A stretch of DNA of 26,008 nucleotides from a virus (lineage: Duplodnaviria; Caudoviricetes). A program made the translations under genes and the position numbers. Below, piece after piece: positions 8,623-15,890 of the stretch. Each line of letters opens with the position of its first letter. Positions within the stretch are counted from its first letter, which is position 1. Below the pieces are notes generated by a model that did no database searches, was not told the DNA's origin, and worked only from the letters and a program-made list of their open reading frames with translations. Location: the IMG/VR virus record IMGVR_UViG_3300044708_000102, positions 1 through 26,008 of that record; one strand, written 5' to 3'.

Positions 8623-9360
8623 TTGGGTTTGCTACTCGGCATTTTACTTATAATTTTCGTCGCGGTGTTCTACTGGGTTCCCTTCTTCGGGGAAGTCTTC
8701 GTGGCTCTCCACAAGCCCGACCCGCCCAAACGGACGAACGGTTTCTATCGACCACACCGTCGGCGGTCTTCCGGCTCGTGGTCTCCTTCTGTCTCGGCTC
8801 CTTCTACGGTACTTCTGGCGGGCAAGGAATTGCATAAGCTGGCGGCCCAGGAAATTTCCGTTCAACCAGAAAAAGCGAAGCAAGTCCTACCCGACTTCTC
8901 TAGGACCACTGAATGCAAATGCCGCTGCGGAAAAACTTTTTGGTGCCCGCCGTCTGCGTTCTGGGCCGGAACGGTTTGTGCAGATTGTGATCCCTTTGAA
9001 GAAGCTGTCCGCAAATTTTGGAAGCGATATGAAGCTGGCGCGCTAGAACGTGGACACGCTTTTGATATATCCTTTGTCCGCTTTCGGGAAATCATTACCC
9101 AGAATTGTCATTATACAGGAGTAGAGCCGAACCAAAAGGTGAGAGTAGCGGGCAAAACGTTTCTTTTCAACGGCGTAGACCGAATGGATAGCGCCCAAGG
9201 GTATTCGGATTCAAACTGCGTTCCGTGTTGTAGCGCCGCCAACTTTGCCAAGCGCACGATGGCGTATCAAGACTTCGTAGCTTTTCTAGACGCTACTGCT
9301 AAGTTTAGGCTTGACAAAACGAGTCAAACTGTGGTAGAATCTACAAGTGAACTACTATAA
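8623..9360 (+). CDS. protein with N-terminal hydrophobic segment and C-terminal HNH-like endonuclease domain
   Basis: CHYTG...NGVDRMDSAQGYSDSNCVPCCSAANFAK resembles the GxDRxDxxxGYxxxNCVPCCxxCN HNH family; start uncertain. Confidence 0.65.
   Translation: MGLLLGILLIIFVAVFYWVPFFGEVFVALHKPDPPKRTNGFYRPHRRRSSGSWSPSVSAPSTVLLAGKELHKLAAQEISVQPEKAKQVLPDFSRTTECKCRCGKTFWCPPSAFWAGTVCADCDPFEEAVRKFWKRYEAGALERGHAFDISFVRFREIITQNCHYTGVEPNQKVRVAGKTFLFNGVDRMDSAQGYSDSNCVPCCSAANFAKRTMAYQDFVAFLDATAKFRLDKTSQTVVESTSELL
9311..9340 (+). promoter_or_regulatory. sigma70-type promoter (leaderless MTase transcript)
   Basis: TTGACA-18-TAGAAT, TG extension, GTG start follows after a 6-nt gap. Confidence 0.75.
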
Positions 9361-10594
9361 CGAGAATGACCCTTTCACCGCCCAATGGCTGAAAGAACTA
9401 ATCAAAGCCAAACACATTTCAAACGGTGTCGTAGACACCCGCTCAATAACGGAGGTTTTACCTGGAGACCTATCTGGTTACAAACAATGCCACTTCTTCG
9501 CCGGAATCGGGGTTTGGAGCTACGCTCTTAGACAATCTGGATTCTCAGACGACCGAAAAATCTGGACAGGAAGTTGTCCCTGCCAGCCGTTCTCAGCGGC
9601 GGGCAAACGCAAAGGAACCGAAGACGAAAGACATCTTTGGCCCGTGTGGTTTGAACTCATCCGAGCCTGCAAACCTGAGCTTGTGGTTGGCGAGCAAGTT
9701 GCGTCAAAAGACGCACTCGCTTGGATCGACACTGTACAAACTGATATGGAAAAACAGGACTACGCCTTCGGGGCGGTTGATACCTGCGCTGCGGGGTTCG
9801 GTGCTCCGCACATCAGACAAAGATTGTATTGGCTGGCCCACGCGGCGTGGGCCACACGGATCGGGACCATCGGACGCGATAACTCGGGGATTGACCCCAG
9901 ACGGGGCCGCGAGATTGACGGGCTGGCCGACGCTGAAAGTCCAGCCCGGGGATTATCAATACACGGGACCAGATCGCGGGATTGGGTTGAACCTGTCGGG
10001 GGCAGCGCAGTTGGCGAGTCCCGAGGATTCGGTGGTGGCTCAGAAGATGGGGCTATCAGGTTGGCCGACTCCAGACAAGAACAGTGGCGAGCGAGTATGG
10101 AACGCCGACCCGACAACACTAGTTCGTTTGAACGGAACGAAGAATCAATTCACGATCAACAACGCGGCGAACACGGCGGGGTGGGGTACCCCGAACTGCA
10201 TGGACTATCTCCCGAGCAACAATCTGGAGGAACGGCGGAAAAAGGGTGGCTGTTCAAACCTGAAGGATCAGGCACCGCTGACGGGAGGATCGGGTTGGTC
10301 AACACCGACAACTCGGGATCACAAGGACGGTGCCTGCCAGAACGCGAACGTTCCCGTGAACGGACTGCTTGGCGACCAAGCAGTCCTAGTAGGCCCAATC
10401 CGACTAACGGCTTCTGGCGAGACGTTGACTGGCTCTGGTGCAGGGATTCCAAGTGGCGGCCCGTTGAACCCGGAACTTCCCCGCTGGCTAATGGGGCTCC
10501 CGCCAGAGTGGGACGATTGCGCGGTTTTGGCAACGCAATCGTTGCCCCGCAAGCCACGGAATTCCTCAAAGCGGTCCAAGAAATTATTGGTTGA
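9347..10594 (+). CDS. DNA (cytosine-5) methyltransferase, alpha polypeptide
   Basis: Motif I FFAGIG, IV GSCPCQPFS, VI EQV, VIII APHIRQR, X GFGNAIV; motif IX absent; central ~200 aa looks non-globular. Confidence 0.9.
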   Translation: MNYYNENDPFTAQWLKELIKAKHISNGVVDTRSITEVLPGDLSGYKQCHFFAGIGVWSYALRQSGFSDDRKIWTGSCPCQPFSAAGKRKGTEDERHLWPVWFELIRACKPELVVGEQVASKDALAWIDTVQTDMEKQDYAFGAVDTCAAGFGAPHIRQRLYWLAHAAWATRIGTIGRDNSGIDPRRGREIDGLADAESPARGLSIHGTRSRDWVEPVGGSAVGESRGFGGGSEDGAIRLADSRQEQWRASMERRPDNTSSFERNEESIHDQQRGEHGGVGYPELHGLSPEQQSGGTAEKGWLFKPEGSGTADGRIGLVNTDNSGSQGRCLPERERSRERTAWRPSSPSRPNPTNGFWRDVDWLWCRDSKWRPVEPGTSPLANGAPARVGRLRGFGNAIVAPQATEFLKAVQEIIG

Positions 10595-10625
10595 CAAACA
10601 AACTGAATCCGTGATACAGTCTTGA
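9651..10625 (+). CDS. C5 methyltransferase beta polypeptide (TRD modules plus motif IX) in nested +1 frame
   Basis: 324-aa overlapping ORF with five GW[PGS]T repeats and motif IX-like LNPELPRWLMGLPPEW; true start uncertain. Confidence 0.8.
   Translation: MNSSEPANLSLWLASKLRQKTHSLGSTLYKLIWKNRTTPSGRLIPALRGSVLRTSDKDCIGWPTRRGPHGSGPSDAITRGLTPDGAARLTGWPTLKVQPGDYQYTGPDRGIGLNLSGAAQLASPEDSVVAQKMGLSGWPTPDKNSGERVWNADPTTLVRLNGTKNQFTINNAANTAGWGTPNCMDYLPSNNLEERRKKGGCSNLKDQAPLTGGSGWSTPTTRDHKDGACQNANVPVNGLLGDQAVLVGPIRLTASGETLTGSGAGIPSGGPLNPELPRWLMGLPPEWDDCAVLATQSLPRKPRNSSKRSKKLLVDKQTESVIQS
10591..10620 (+). promoter_or_regulatory. sigma70-type promoter (leaderless)
   Basis: TTGACA-18-TACAGT, TG extension, ATG follows after a 6-nt gap. 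Confidence 0.7.
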
Positions 10626-10626
10626 A

Positions 10627-10995
10627 ATGACAACTTCAAAGCAGTTGGCGGCCAAATATCTGACGGGAGTTCCTGTGTACGTCGGGCGCGGATTTGACAG
10701 TGGGGTCTTGATGAATGCTGTTGAGGACGCTATTGATGCGGGCAAGGAAGAACTCAGACAGGCGGTAGTAGCGGCCCTAAAAATGGAAGCCCAACGTCTG
10801 GACGTAATGGGCAGACGACAGGCGGCCATAGATGTGTTCTCCGCAACCTCACTGCCCATCTTAGCTCCGCCTAAGCCTGAACTTAGCCAGCGGGCACTCG
10901 GGGTGGCCAAAGAATTTTTGGATCGCGGCTACCAACAAACGACCGGGCACCTAGATTTGCTTGCCCGAATCATTCAAGACGAGTACGGTGCGTAG
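10627..10995 (+). CDS. hypothetical protein
   Basis: 122 aa directly downstream of promoter. Confidence 0.75.
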   Translation: MTTSKQLAAKYLTGVPVYVGRGFDSGVLMNAVEDAIDAGKEELRQAVVAALKMEAQRLDVMGRRQAAIDVFSATSLPILAPPKPELSQRALGVAKEFLDRGYQQTTGHLDLLARIIQDEYGA

Positions 10996-11006
10996 CGCCC
11001 CAAAAT

Positions 11007-11174
11007 ATGGCTAAACTTCCGATTCAAAAGAACTTATGCCAAACGTGCCGCCAGCACAGAGCGGTTTTTAAATACCAAGGTCAAGTTCGGGCGGATCGCC
11101 GCCACGATATTTGCCCACGTTGTTATCGTAGTGCCCGAGACGCAATGCTAGCGGCCCAAGGAGGGGCAACCTGA
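11007..11174 (+). CDS. small Zn-finger protein
   Basis: Not in ORF track; CQTC...HDICPRC, 55 aa, fills gap. Confidence 0.6.
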   Translation: MAKLPIQKNLCQTCRQHRAVFKYQGQVRADRRHDICPRCYRSARDAMLAAQGGAT

Positions 11175-11390
11175 ATGTTTACGGATGAAGAACTGGCGGG
11201 TATTTTAGATACGATCCAAGAGCGCATAGATCGCCCCTACGGGGACGTTGGGTTTGCATTGGGGTACCGGGACGCCTTAGTGTGGATAAAACCCGCCGTA
11301 GAGACCCTACAAGACCGAATTCGAAACTTGGAAGCGGAACTTATTCTTTGCAAGAGAAACAAACCCCGATTGAGGATTTCACGCAAATGA
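11175..11390 (+). CDS. hypothetical protein
   Basis: GGAGG RBS, 71 aa. Confidence 0.7.
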   Translation: MFTDEELAGILDTIQERIDRPYGDVGFALGYRDALVWIKPAVETLQDRIRNLEAELILCKRNKPRLRISRK

Positions 11391-11758
11391 CCGAGTCTGT
11401 TCAAACGAACTATCACCCGCTAACTGAAGAAGAACTCGGGCAAATAGAACAGCTAGCGGCCCGAGCTAGCAAATTCTACCTAGCCTGCCCGCAGAACTTG
11501 GGTATCGCGCAAGAGGAAGGCAAGTGCGGCTACCACCCCATGCGACCAGAAGACGCGGCTTTTTGCGGGGCGGCCCGCCAGCACGTTCCTCGCTTGACCG
11601 CTGAAGTACGTAGGCTGTGGGCACGGGTAGCGGAACTGGACGATCTGATTGACTGTTTGGAGGACGACAAGGTTGATCTTGAGGTCCAGTTGGAAGACGC
11701 TCGGGACGAAATTGAAGACTTGGAAGACCAACTGGCGGGCAACGACGAGTCCGTTTAA
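11387..11758 (+). CDS. hypothetical protein with acidic coiled coil (Ead/Ea22-like DAAFxxAAR pattern)
   Basis: ATGA overlap, GAGGA RBS, EDAAFCGAARQHVPRL. Confidence 0.7.
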   Translation: MTESVQTNYHPLTEEELGQIEQLAARASKFYLACPQNLGIAQEEGKCGYHPMRPEDAAFCGAARQHVPRLTAEVRRLWARVAELDDLIDCLEDDKVDLEVQLEDARDEIEDLEDQLAGNDESV

Positions 11759-11774
11759 ACAGAATGGGGCCGCT

Positions 11775-12011
11775 ATGCTAACCTGGAACCTCGTAGGAAG
11801 TCGTATCGGCGGGGTTCTGATAACCCGCAAGTACAAGAACCAACTGGAAATTCTGTGCAATCGCGGACACGGAAGCCGGATTAGCTTGCCCGACAAAATA
11901 AAGCCGGGGGTAAGCTGGTGTCCCAAGTGCCCGAAAGGGCGGCCAAGAAAGGACGGTGTTCCGAAGAAGGACGCTAAAAGGAAAAGACTTGGGAAATTGA
12001 TGGCGGGGTAG
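11775..12011 (+). CDS. basic Zn-binding hypothetical protein
   Basis: CNRGH...WCPKC. Confidence 0.6.
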   Translation: MLTWNLVGSRIGGVLITRKYKNQLEILCNRGHGSRISLPDKIKPGVSWCPKCPKGRPRKDGVPKKDAKRKRLGKLMAG

Positions 12012-12200
12012 TTTAACCTCAAAAATTCCGAATAAGTCTTTTGCTGTTAGTGGTTTGCGGACAAAGTGTCGCGGAATAACCACATATAGTAGGGGGCTAA
12101 CGCGGGCTATCCCTTTTGGTTTCAACCTAAGCCCTCCTTAGTCGGTTCAAGCGTCCGACCCGCCAGCGCGTCTACGCCTAGCGGAAAAACGCCCCCAAAA

Positions 12201-12401
12201 ATGTTGAAGTTGACACACCGAGAGTTTGTAGTTGGCAAGCTGATGAAAGAACTTGAGCGGGCAAAAAGCACTGAAAAGATTATTGAAATCGCAGAGCTTT
12301 TGCTGAAGTTCGGAGTCGGGTCGCCAAAACCGAGAAAGAAACGGGCACCGCCCGAGCCGCCAGAAGCACCGAAACCTCTCGACCCGCTACTGGCCAAATA
12401 G
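12201..12401 (+). CDS. hypothetical protein
   Basis: 66 aa; stop coincides with an 18-bp palindrome. Confidence 0.5.
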   Translation: MLKLTHREFVVGKLMKELERAKSTEKIIEIAELLLKFGVGSPKPRKKRAPPEPPEAPKPLDPLLAK

Positions 12402-12425
12402 TACGTTCAAACGAACTGGAGACAA

Positions 12426-12776
12426 ATGGCAAATATTTGCATCACAATCGCGGGGGAGAACTTAGATGACGTACTCAATGACTTGGCCGACTTGGGACTG
12501 GCCGCTATCGAAGGCTTATCCGCCAAATACGATTTCGAAGACCCCGATGAGTTTGAAGTGGCGGAACCTCAAGGCGTGGATTCGGAAACATGCGCTGATT
12601 GTGGCGGGTCGCTAGACGAAGAACCGGATTGGGAAGACGGCTACTACCTGGGAACCTTCGCCCAAGACGAAGCGGTGTTCAAGGGCATAGTCGCCCGCCG
12701 ACTTGACGGGTATTTCTACTTGCCCGGCTTGGCAGAACCCGTAGACGCCTTGGTCATTGACGAAAAGGTGTACTAA
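12426..12776 (+). CDS. acidic hypothetical protein
   Basis: GGAG RBS, 116 aa. Confidence 0.75.
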   Translation: MANICITIAGENLDDVLNDLADLGLAAIEGLSAKYDFEDPDEFEVAEPQGVDSETCADCGGSLDEEPDWEDGYYLGTFAQDEAVFKGIVARRLDGYFYLPGLAEPVDALVIDEKVY

Positions 12777-12950
12777 TTGGAACCTTGCCCGTGCCACACA
12801 TACTACCCTACTGAGAACGGCGGGTATTGGGTAACACGGTGGCTGCACAAAGGGGACCCTGTAAAGGTACCCCGAGCACAACGGGAAGTGGGTTCCCCGA
12901 ATTACGCGGACGAGTTAAGGCGGGTTTACAGAAAAAAGGTATCGCACTAA
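12777..12950 (+). CDS. hypothetical protein
   Basis: Not in ORF track; TTG start immediately after previous stop, TAATG overlap with next gene, 57 aa. Confidence 0.45.
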   Translation: MEPCPCHTYYPTENGGYWVTRWLHKGDPVKVPRAQREVGSPNYADELRRVYRKKVSH

Positions 12951-13207
12951 TGGCTGAACAGACTTTTGTACAGGCAACGGAATTGACCGAAGCAGTTAGC
13001 GCGGAGATTGACGCGGCGTTTCAGTACAAGCCGTGGGACGCGGCCAAGGTAGCGGCTGGCGAAAAAGTACGACAAGTTTTGGCCGAAGCGGTCAAGACAA
13101 TCGTCGCGAACGTGCCAAGATCGGCGGACAGAACTACAGCCATTCGCAAGCTACGGGAAGCCCGAATGGACTGCAACTCTGCGATCACGTTTGACGGCAA
13201 GTATTAA
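12950..13207 (+). CDS. Acb2/Tad1-like helical-hairpin protein (putative immune-signal sponge)
   Basis: FQYKP...VRQ...IVANVPRSADRTTAIRKLREARMDCNSAI resembles the FxYHxP...PxSRExSxAxxKLEExxMWANAAI family as I recall it. Confidence 0.6.
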   Translation: MAEQTFVQATELTEAVSAEIDAAFQYKPWDAAKVAAGEKVRQVLAEAVKTIVANVPRSADRTTAIRKLREARMDCNSAITFDGKY

Positions 13208-13239
13208 ACTTTAGCGGGCACGAAGTGCCAAAGGACAAC

Positions 13240-13758
13240 ATGAAAAAATTTCTTGCTATCGCGGTTTTGTTTTTGGCGGGCACGGCGTTTGGACAAGCTG
13301 CTTCAACACCGACCCCCGGCGCGGATTTGCCGTCCCAGACCTTCGGAGTCTTTGCGTCGTATGACGCCTACAACACGCCGCATGTGACTGGTGGGTTTGA
13401 AGTTTCGAAGTTGGCGACTACGTTGCCTTACGAAACAATCACTTCGATCTATACGAGTTTCCGCCCGCTGGCAAAACCTCGGGGCGCTATCGCAACTAGC
13501 GTAGCCCTCGAAGTCGATCAGGTAGTGTCCCATGCGGGACCGTTCCATTTCTTGGCAATCGGCAGCGCGGGAGTTTCGACCACGAGTACCACGACTGGCG
13601 GGGTGTTTCAGGGCGGCGGCGGGTTCATTTACACGTTGCCCGCTAACAAGCAGAAGTTTTTTGACTCGGTGAAGTTCAAGGCGGTTGCCGAGCACAGCGC
13701 GGCAGCGGGAACTTTGGGCGCGTACTTCGTGACGTTCCAAAAGGGCTTCGGGAAGTAA
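13240..13758 (+). CDS. secreted / outer-membrane beta-rich protein
   Basis: Signal peptide MKKFLAIAVLFLAGTAFG-Q, alternating beta strands, aromatic C-terminus; AAGGA RBS. Confidence 0.7.
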   Translation: MKKFLAIAVLFLAGTAFGQAASTPTPGADLPSQTFGVFASYDAYNTPHVTGGFEVSKLATTLPYETITSIYTSFRPLAKPRGAIATSVALEVDQVVSHAGPFHFLAIGSAGVSTTSTTTGGVFQGGGGFIYTLPANKQKFFDSVKFKAVAEHSAAAGTLGAYFVTFQKGFGK

Positions 13759-13901
13759 TGGCGAAGAAATCCAAGGTCGGGAAAGTGCTGAAGGAATTCA
13801 AGGCGGGAACTTTGCGTTCTGGAAGCAAGAAGGGTCCTAAAGTCAAATCGCGAGCCCAGGCTTTGGCTATCGGTATTTCCGAGGCTAAGCGCGGCAAGTG
13901 A
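13758..13901 (+). CDS. DUF6496-like small basic protein
   Basis: Not in ORF track; KVLKEFKAGTLRSGSKKGPKVKSRAQALAIGISEA. Confidence 0.8.
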   Translation: MAKKSKVGKVLKEFKAGTLRSGSKKGPKVKSRAQALAIGISEAKRGK

Positions 13902-14116
13902 CAGTAGCGGAAGTCAAGGCTTTGGAGCCGCTAGCGGACGTAGTCGAATTGAAACCAGAGGCCCGCTATTTATTTTTGCTCCCTACTTGCCCGCCTCCGA
14001 ACGTAATCAATTCGTTGACTGGCAACCCAGGACTGGCGGGGATTAGCGGCGCGGTAGTTTGCTACGCGGAAGGCTTCAAGATTTACGAACTTGGCGGGCA
14101 AGAGAAATCTGGTTAA
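13898..14116 (+). CDS. hypothetical protein
   Basis: GTGA overlap, 72 aa. Confidence 0.65.
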   Translation: MTVAEVKALEPLADVVELKPEARYLFLLPTCPPPNVINSLTGNPGLAGISGAVVCYAEGFKIYELGGQEKSG

Positions 14117-14191
14117 ACAGAATGATCGGGGCCGCTATAGGTTGTATCGTGGCTATTTTCTTAATTCTAGTCTGGTGCCGGGAGCCTGTAG

Positions 14192-14431
14192 ATGACACCG
14201 AGGAAGCTAGCGAGCGGCACCCCGATTGATTTGGTTTGGGCGGACGCTTGTACAGGCGACATTGGGTGGGAAGCCGCGCCAGTCAAAAACAGCGTGGCCG
14301 AAATCGAGAGCCGAGGATTCGTAGCGGGCTGCGATTCCAAAGCCTTGGTTATTTCGCACAGCAGGCACGTAGTAGAAAACGCTGTTGGTGTTTGCGACAC
14401 GTTGTCTATTCCGTGGGGGGTGCATCCGTAA
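14192..14431 (+). CDS. conserved phage hypothetical protein
   Basis: VWADA...GW...SRGF...IPWG pattern; GGAG RBS. Confidence 0.7.
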   Translation: MTPRKLASGTPIDLVWADACTGDIGWEAAPVKNSVAEIESRGFVAGCDSKALVISHSRHVVENAVGVCDTLSIPWGVHP

Positions 14432-14452
14432 ACTTCAGGCAAGGAAAAAGTA

Positions 14453-14656
14453 ATGGCGAACATGGGTTGCCAGATTAACAAGTTGGTCGATCCGGGCAAT
14501 GGAAATTTCTCATGTGCGGACCCCGCCAACGTTTTGGGTGGCGCTGTGTGGGAGATGTGCGAGAGACCAGCGGCGTTCCGTAGCAAAAATCCGCCTACAG
14601 TTTTCGTTTGTTCTGAGTGTGCGGCGGGATACCCAGGCGGCGTGGACGCACTGTGA
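14453..14656 (+). CDS. Cys-rich hypothetical protein
   Basis: AAGGA RBS, CSEC. Confidence 0.6.
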   Translation: MANMGCQINKLVDPGNGNFSCADPANVLGGAVWEMCERPAAFRSKNPPTVFVCSECAAGYPGGVDAL

Positions 14657-14847
14657 ACTTTCCGCTAGACAATTGCCGCGAAATTGAATTGACGTGCTGC
14701 GTATGTGGAGGCCAGAAAAAATCTGACGGCACTTGCGTTCGCGGGACGTGTTCAGATTGCCGGGCCGCTATTTCCGCGCCAGCCATCCCATACGAAGACC
14801 TCTGGGGCTATCCACAGCAATCCTTGGCCGCCAAAGTTTCTGTTTGA
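14653..14847 (+). CDS. Cys-rich hypothetical protein
   Basis: GTGA overlap; CCVC...CSDC. Confidence 0.5.
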   Translation: MNFPLDNCREIELTCCVCGGQKKSDGTCVRGTCSDCRAAISAPAIPYEDLWGYPQQSLAAKVSV

Positions 14848-14854
14848 ACGTACT

Positions 14855-14989
14855 ATGGACTATCACGCGCCAGAACTATACGAGACAGTTACCTGCGAAA
14901 AAGGTCACACCGCCGAGTATTTCAAACTCAGGCAAGGTCCTATAGTCTGTTGTAAGTGTGTCGTGGCCGAACGTACCCGCTCTGCGTAA
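14855..14989 (+). CDS. small Zn-finger-like protein
   Basis: MDYHAPE...CEKGH...CCKC. Confidence 0.5.
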   Translation: MDYHAPELYETVTCEKGHTAEYFKLRQGPIVCCKCVVAERTRSA

Positions 14990-15009
14990 GCATCGTGCTT
15001 GACATAAAA

Positions 15010-15200
15010 GGGGCAGTCGGCTTAGGCACGCTGACCCCGTAACAATGCGGCGTAGCCGCAAACTGCTGGGGGTTGATTGACCGCAGGTAAGTCCTGCCGC
15101 CGCCCGCACAAGATTCGGACGAAGACGGGGTCGCGATGTTGCAACATCGTCCCGAAAGATGGGGGCTAGTACAGCGTGCTCGTCCCACGACGCCCCACCA
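15010..15200 (+). ncRNA. unknown structured RNA ending in ACCA
   Basis: End pairing GGGGCaGTCG/CGACGCCCC, second stem GGCACGCTG/CAGCGTGCT, several internal hairpins. Confidence 0.55.
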
Positions 15201-15208
15201 AATTAAAC

Positions 15209-15289
15209 CCCGAGCCTGTGCTGTACCTACGGGATACAGGCTCTATAAGATTCTGGAAGGAGCGGGTTCGATCCCCGCGACGGGCAGCA
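15209..15289 (+). ncRNA. tRNA-like element with T-arm but no D-arm
   Basis: GCGGG-TTCGATC-CCCGC T-arm, 8-bp stem GAGCCTGT/ACAGGCTC. Confidence 0.45.
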
Positions 15290-15301
15290 AGCGCTAGTGC
15301 T

Positions 15302-15496
15302 GAGACGACGGTTTCAGGCGAACAGCCCAAGTGCCCGTCTGGTGTACTGGTGCACAGCTAGATAGAGACGGCGGTCGCGTCGTCTCGAAATTTTCGTTTT
15401 GCGATTGGGTGTCTTTTAGGGTTTAGCAGATGGCATCGTAAACCGCTGCCTATGAAACTGGGGAACCTACGCTTCGGCGGCCAGTCAATCGCAAAA
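15302..15496 (+). ncRNA. two further closed multi-stem structures
   Basis: GAGACGACG/CGTCGTCTC and TTTTGCGATTG/CAATCGCAAAA with a cUUCGg hairpin. Confidence 0.45.
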
Positions 15497-15524
15497 ATTT
15501 TTTCGGGCCGCCAGCATTTTTGGC

Positions 15525-15554
15525 TTGACATCTTGCCCGAGTCTTTTGTATAGT
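15525..15554 (+). promoter_or_regulatory. sigma70-type promoter of tRNA array
   Basis: TTGACA-18-TATAGT. Confidence 0.75.
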
Positions 15555-15563
15555 ATTTAGTAA

Positions 15564-15637
15564 GCCCGTTTAGCACAAATGGTAGTGCATCGGCTTGAAA
15601 CACCGACTATGTGGTTTCGATACCACGGCGGGCACCA
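15564..15637 (+). tRNA. tRNA-Phe(GAA)
   Basis: Cloverleaf, loop TTGAAAC, CCA encoded. Confidence 0.85.
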
Positions 15638-15643
15638 AGTTTA

Positions 15644-15719
15644 GGGTGCGTAGTGATTGTGGGCAACACGGCTGTCTTGCAAACAGAAAAAGCGGTTTCG
15701 ATTACCGCCGCATCCACCA
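15644..15719 (+). tRNA. tRNA-Ala(TGC)
   Basis: Loop CTTGCAA, G3:U70, CCA. Confidence 0.9.
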
Positions 15720-15723
15720 AGTT

Positions 15724-15798
15724 GAGCGTTTGGTCCAGCGGACAGGGCACAGAGCTTCTACCTCTGAGACGGCGGTTCAATTCCGCCAACGCTCTCCA
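15724..15798 (+). tRNA. tRNA-Arg(TCT)
   Basis: Loop CTTCTAC, CCA. Confidence 0.9.
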
Positions 15799-15805
15799 GA
15801 TTTAT

Positions 15806-15880
15806 TGCGAGATGGAGTAATTGGCAACTTGTTGGTCTCATAAGCCAAAGTTACGGGTTCAAATCCCGTTCTCGCTACCA
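15806..15880 (+). tRNA. tRNA-Met(CAT), initiator-like 1:72 mismatch
   Basis: Loop CTCATAA, CCA. Confidence 0.85.
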
Positions 15881-15890
15881 AGTTTTGTTC

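Noticed and set aside
9347-10625. Sequencing frameshift as the explanation for the two MTase frames
   Set aside because: Both frames stay open in parallel for ~950 nt, and motif X lies in the first frame downstream of motif IX in the second
1228-10748. GGGCAAGG as KOPS
   Set aside because: One mismatch to GGGNAGGG and present on both strands without clear polarity
15010-15496. tmRNA, RNase P RNA or SRP RNA call
   Set aside because: No T-arm adjacent to the ACCA end, no tag frame ending in AA, no GAGGAAAGUCC, and no convincing SRP helix 8
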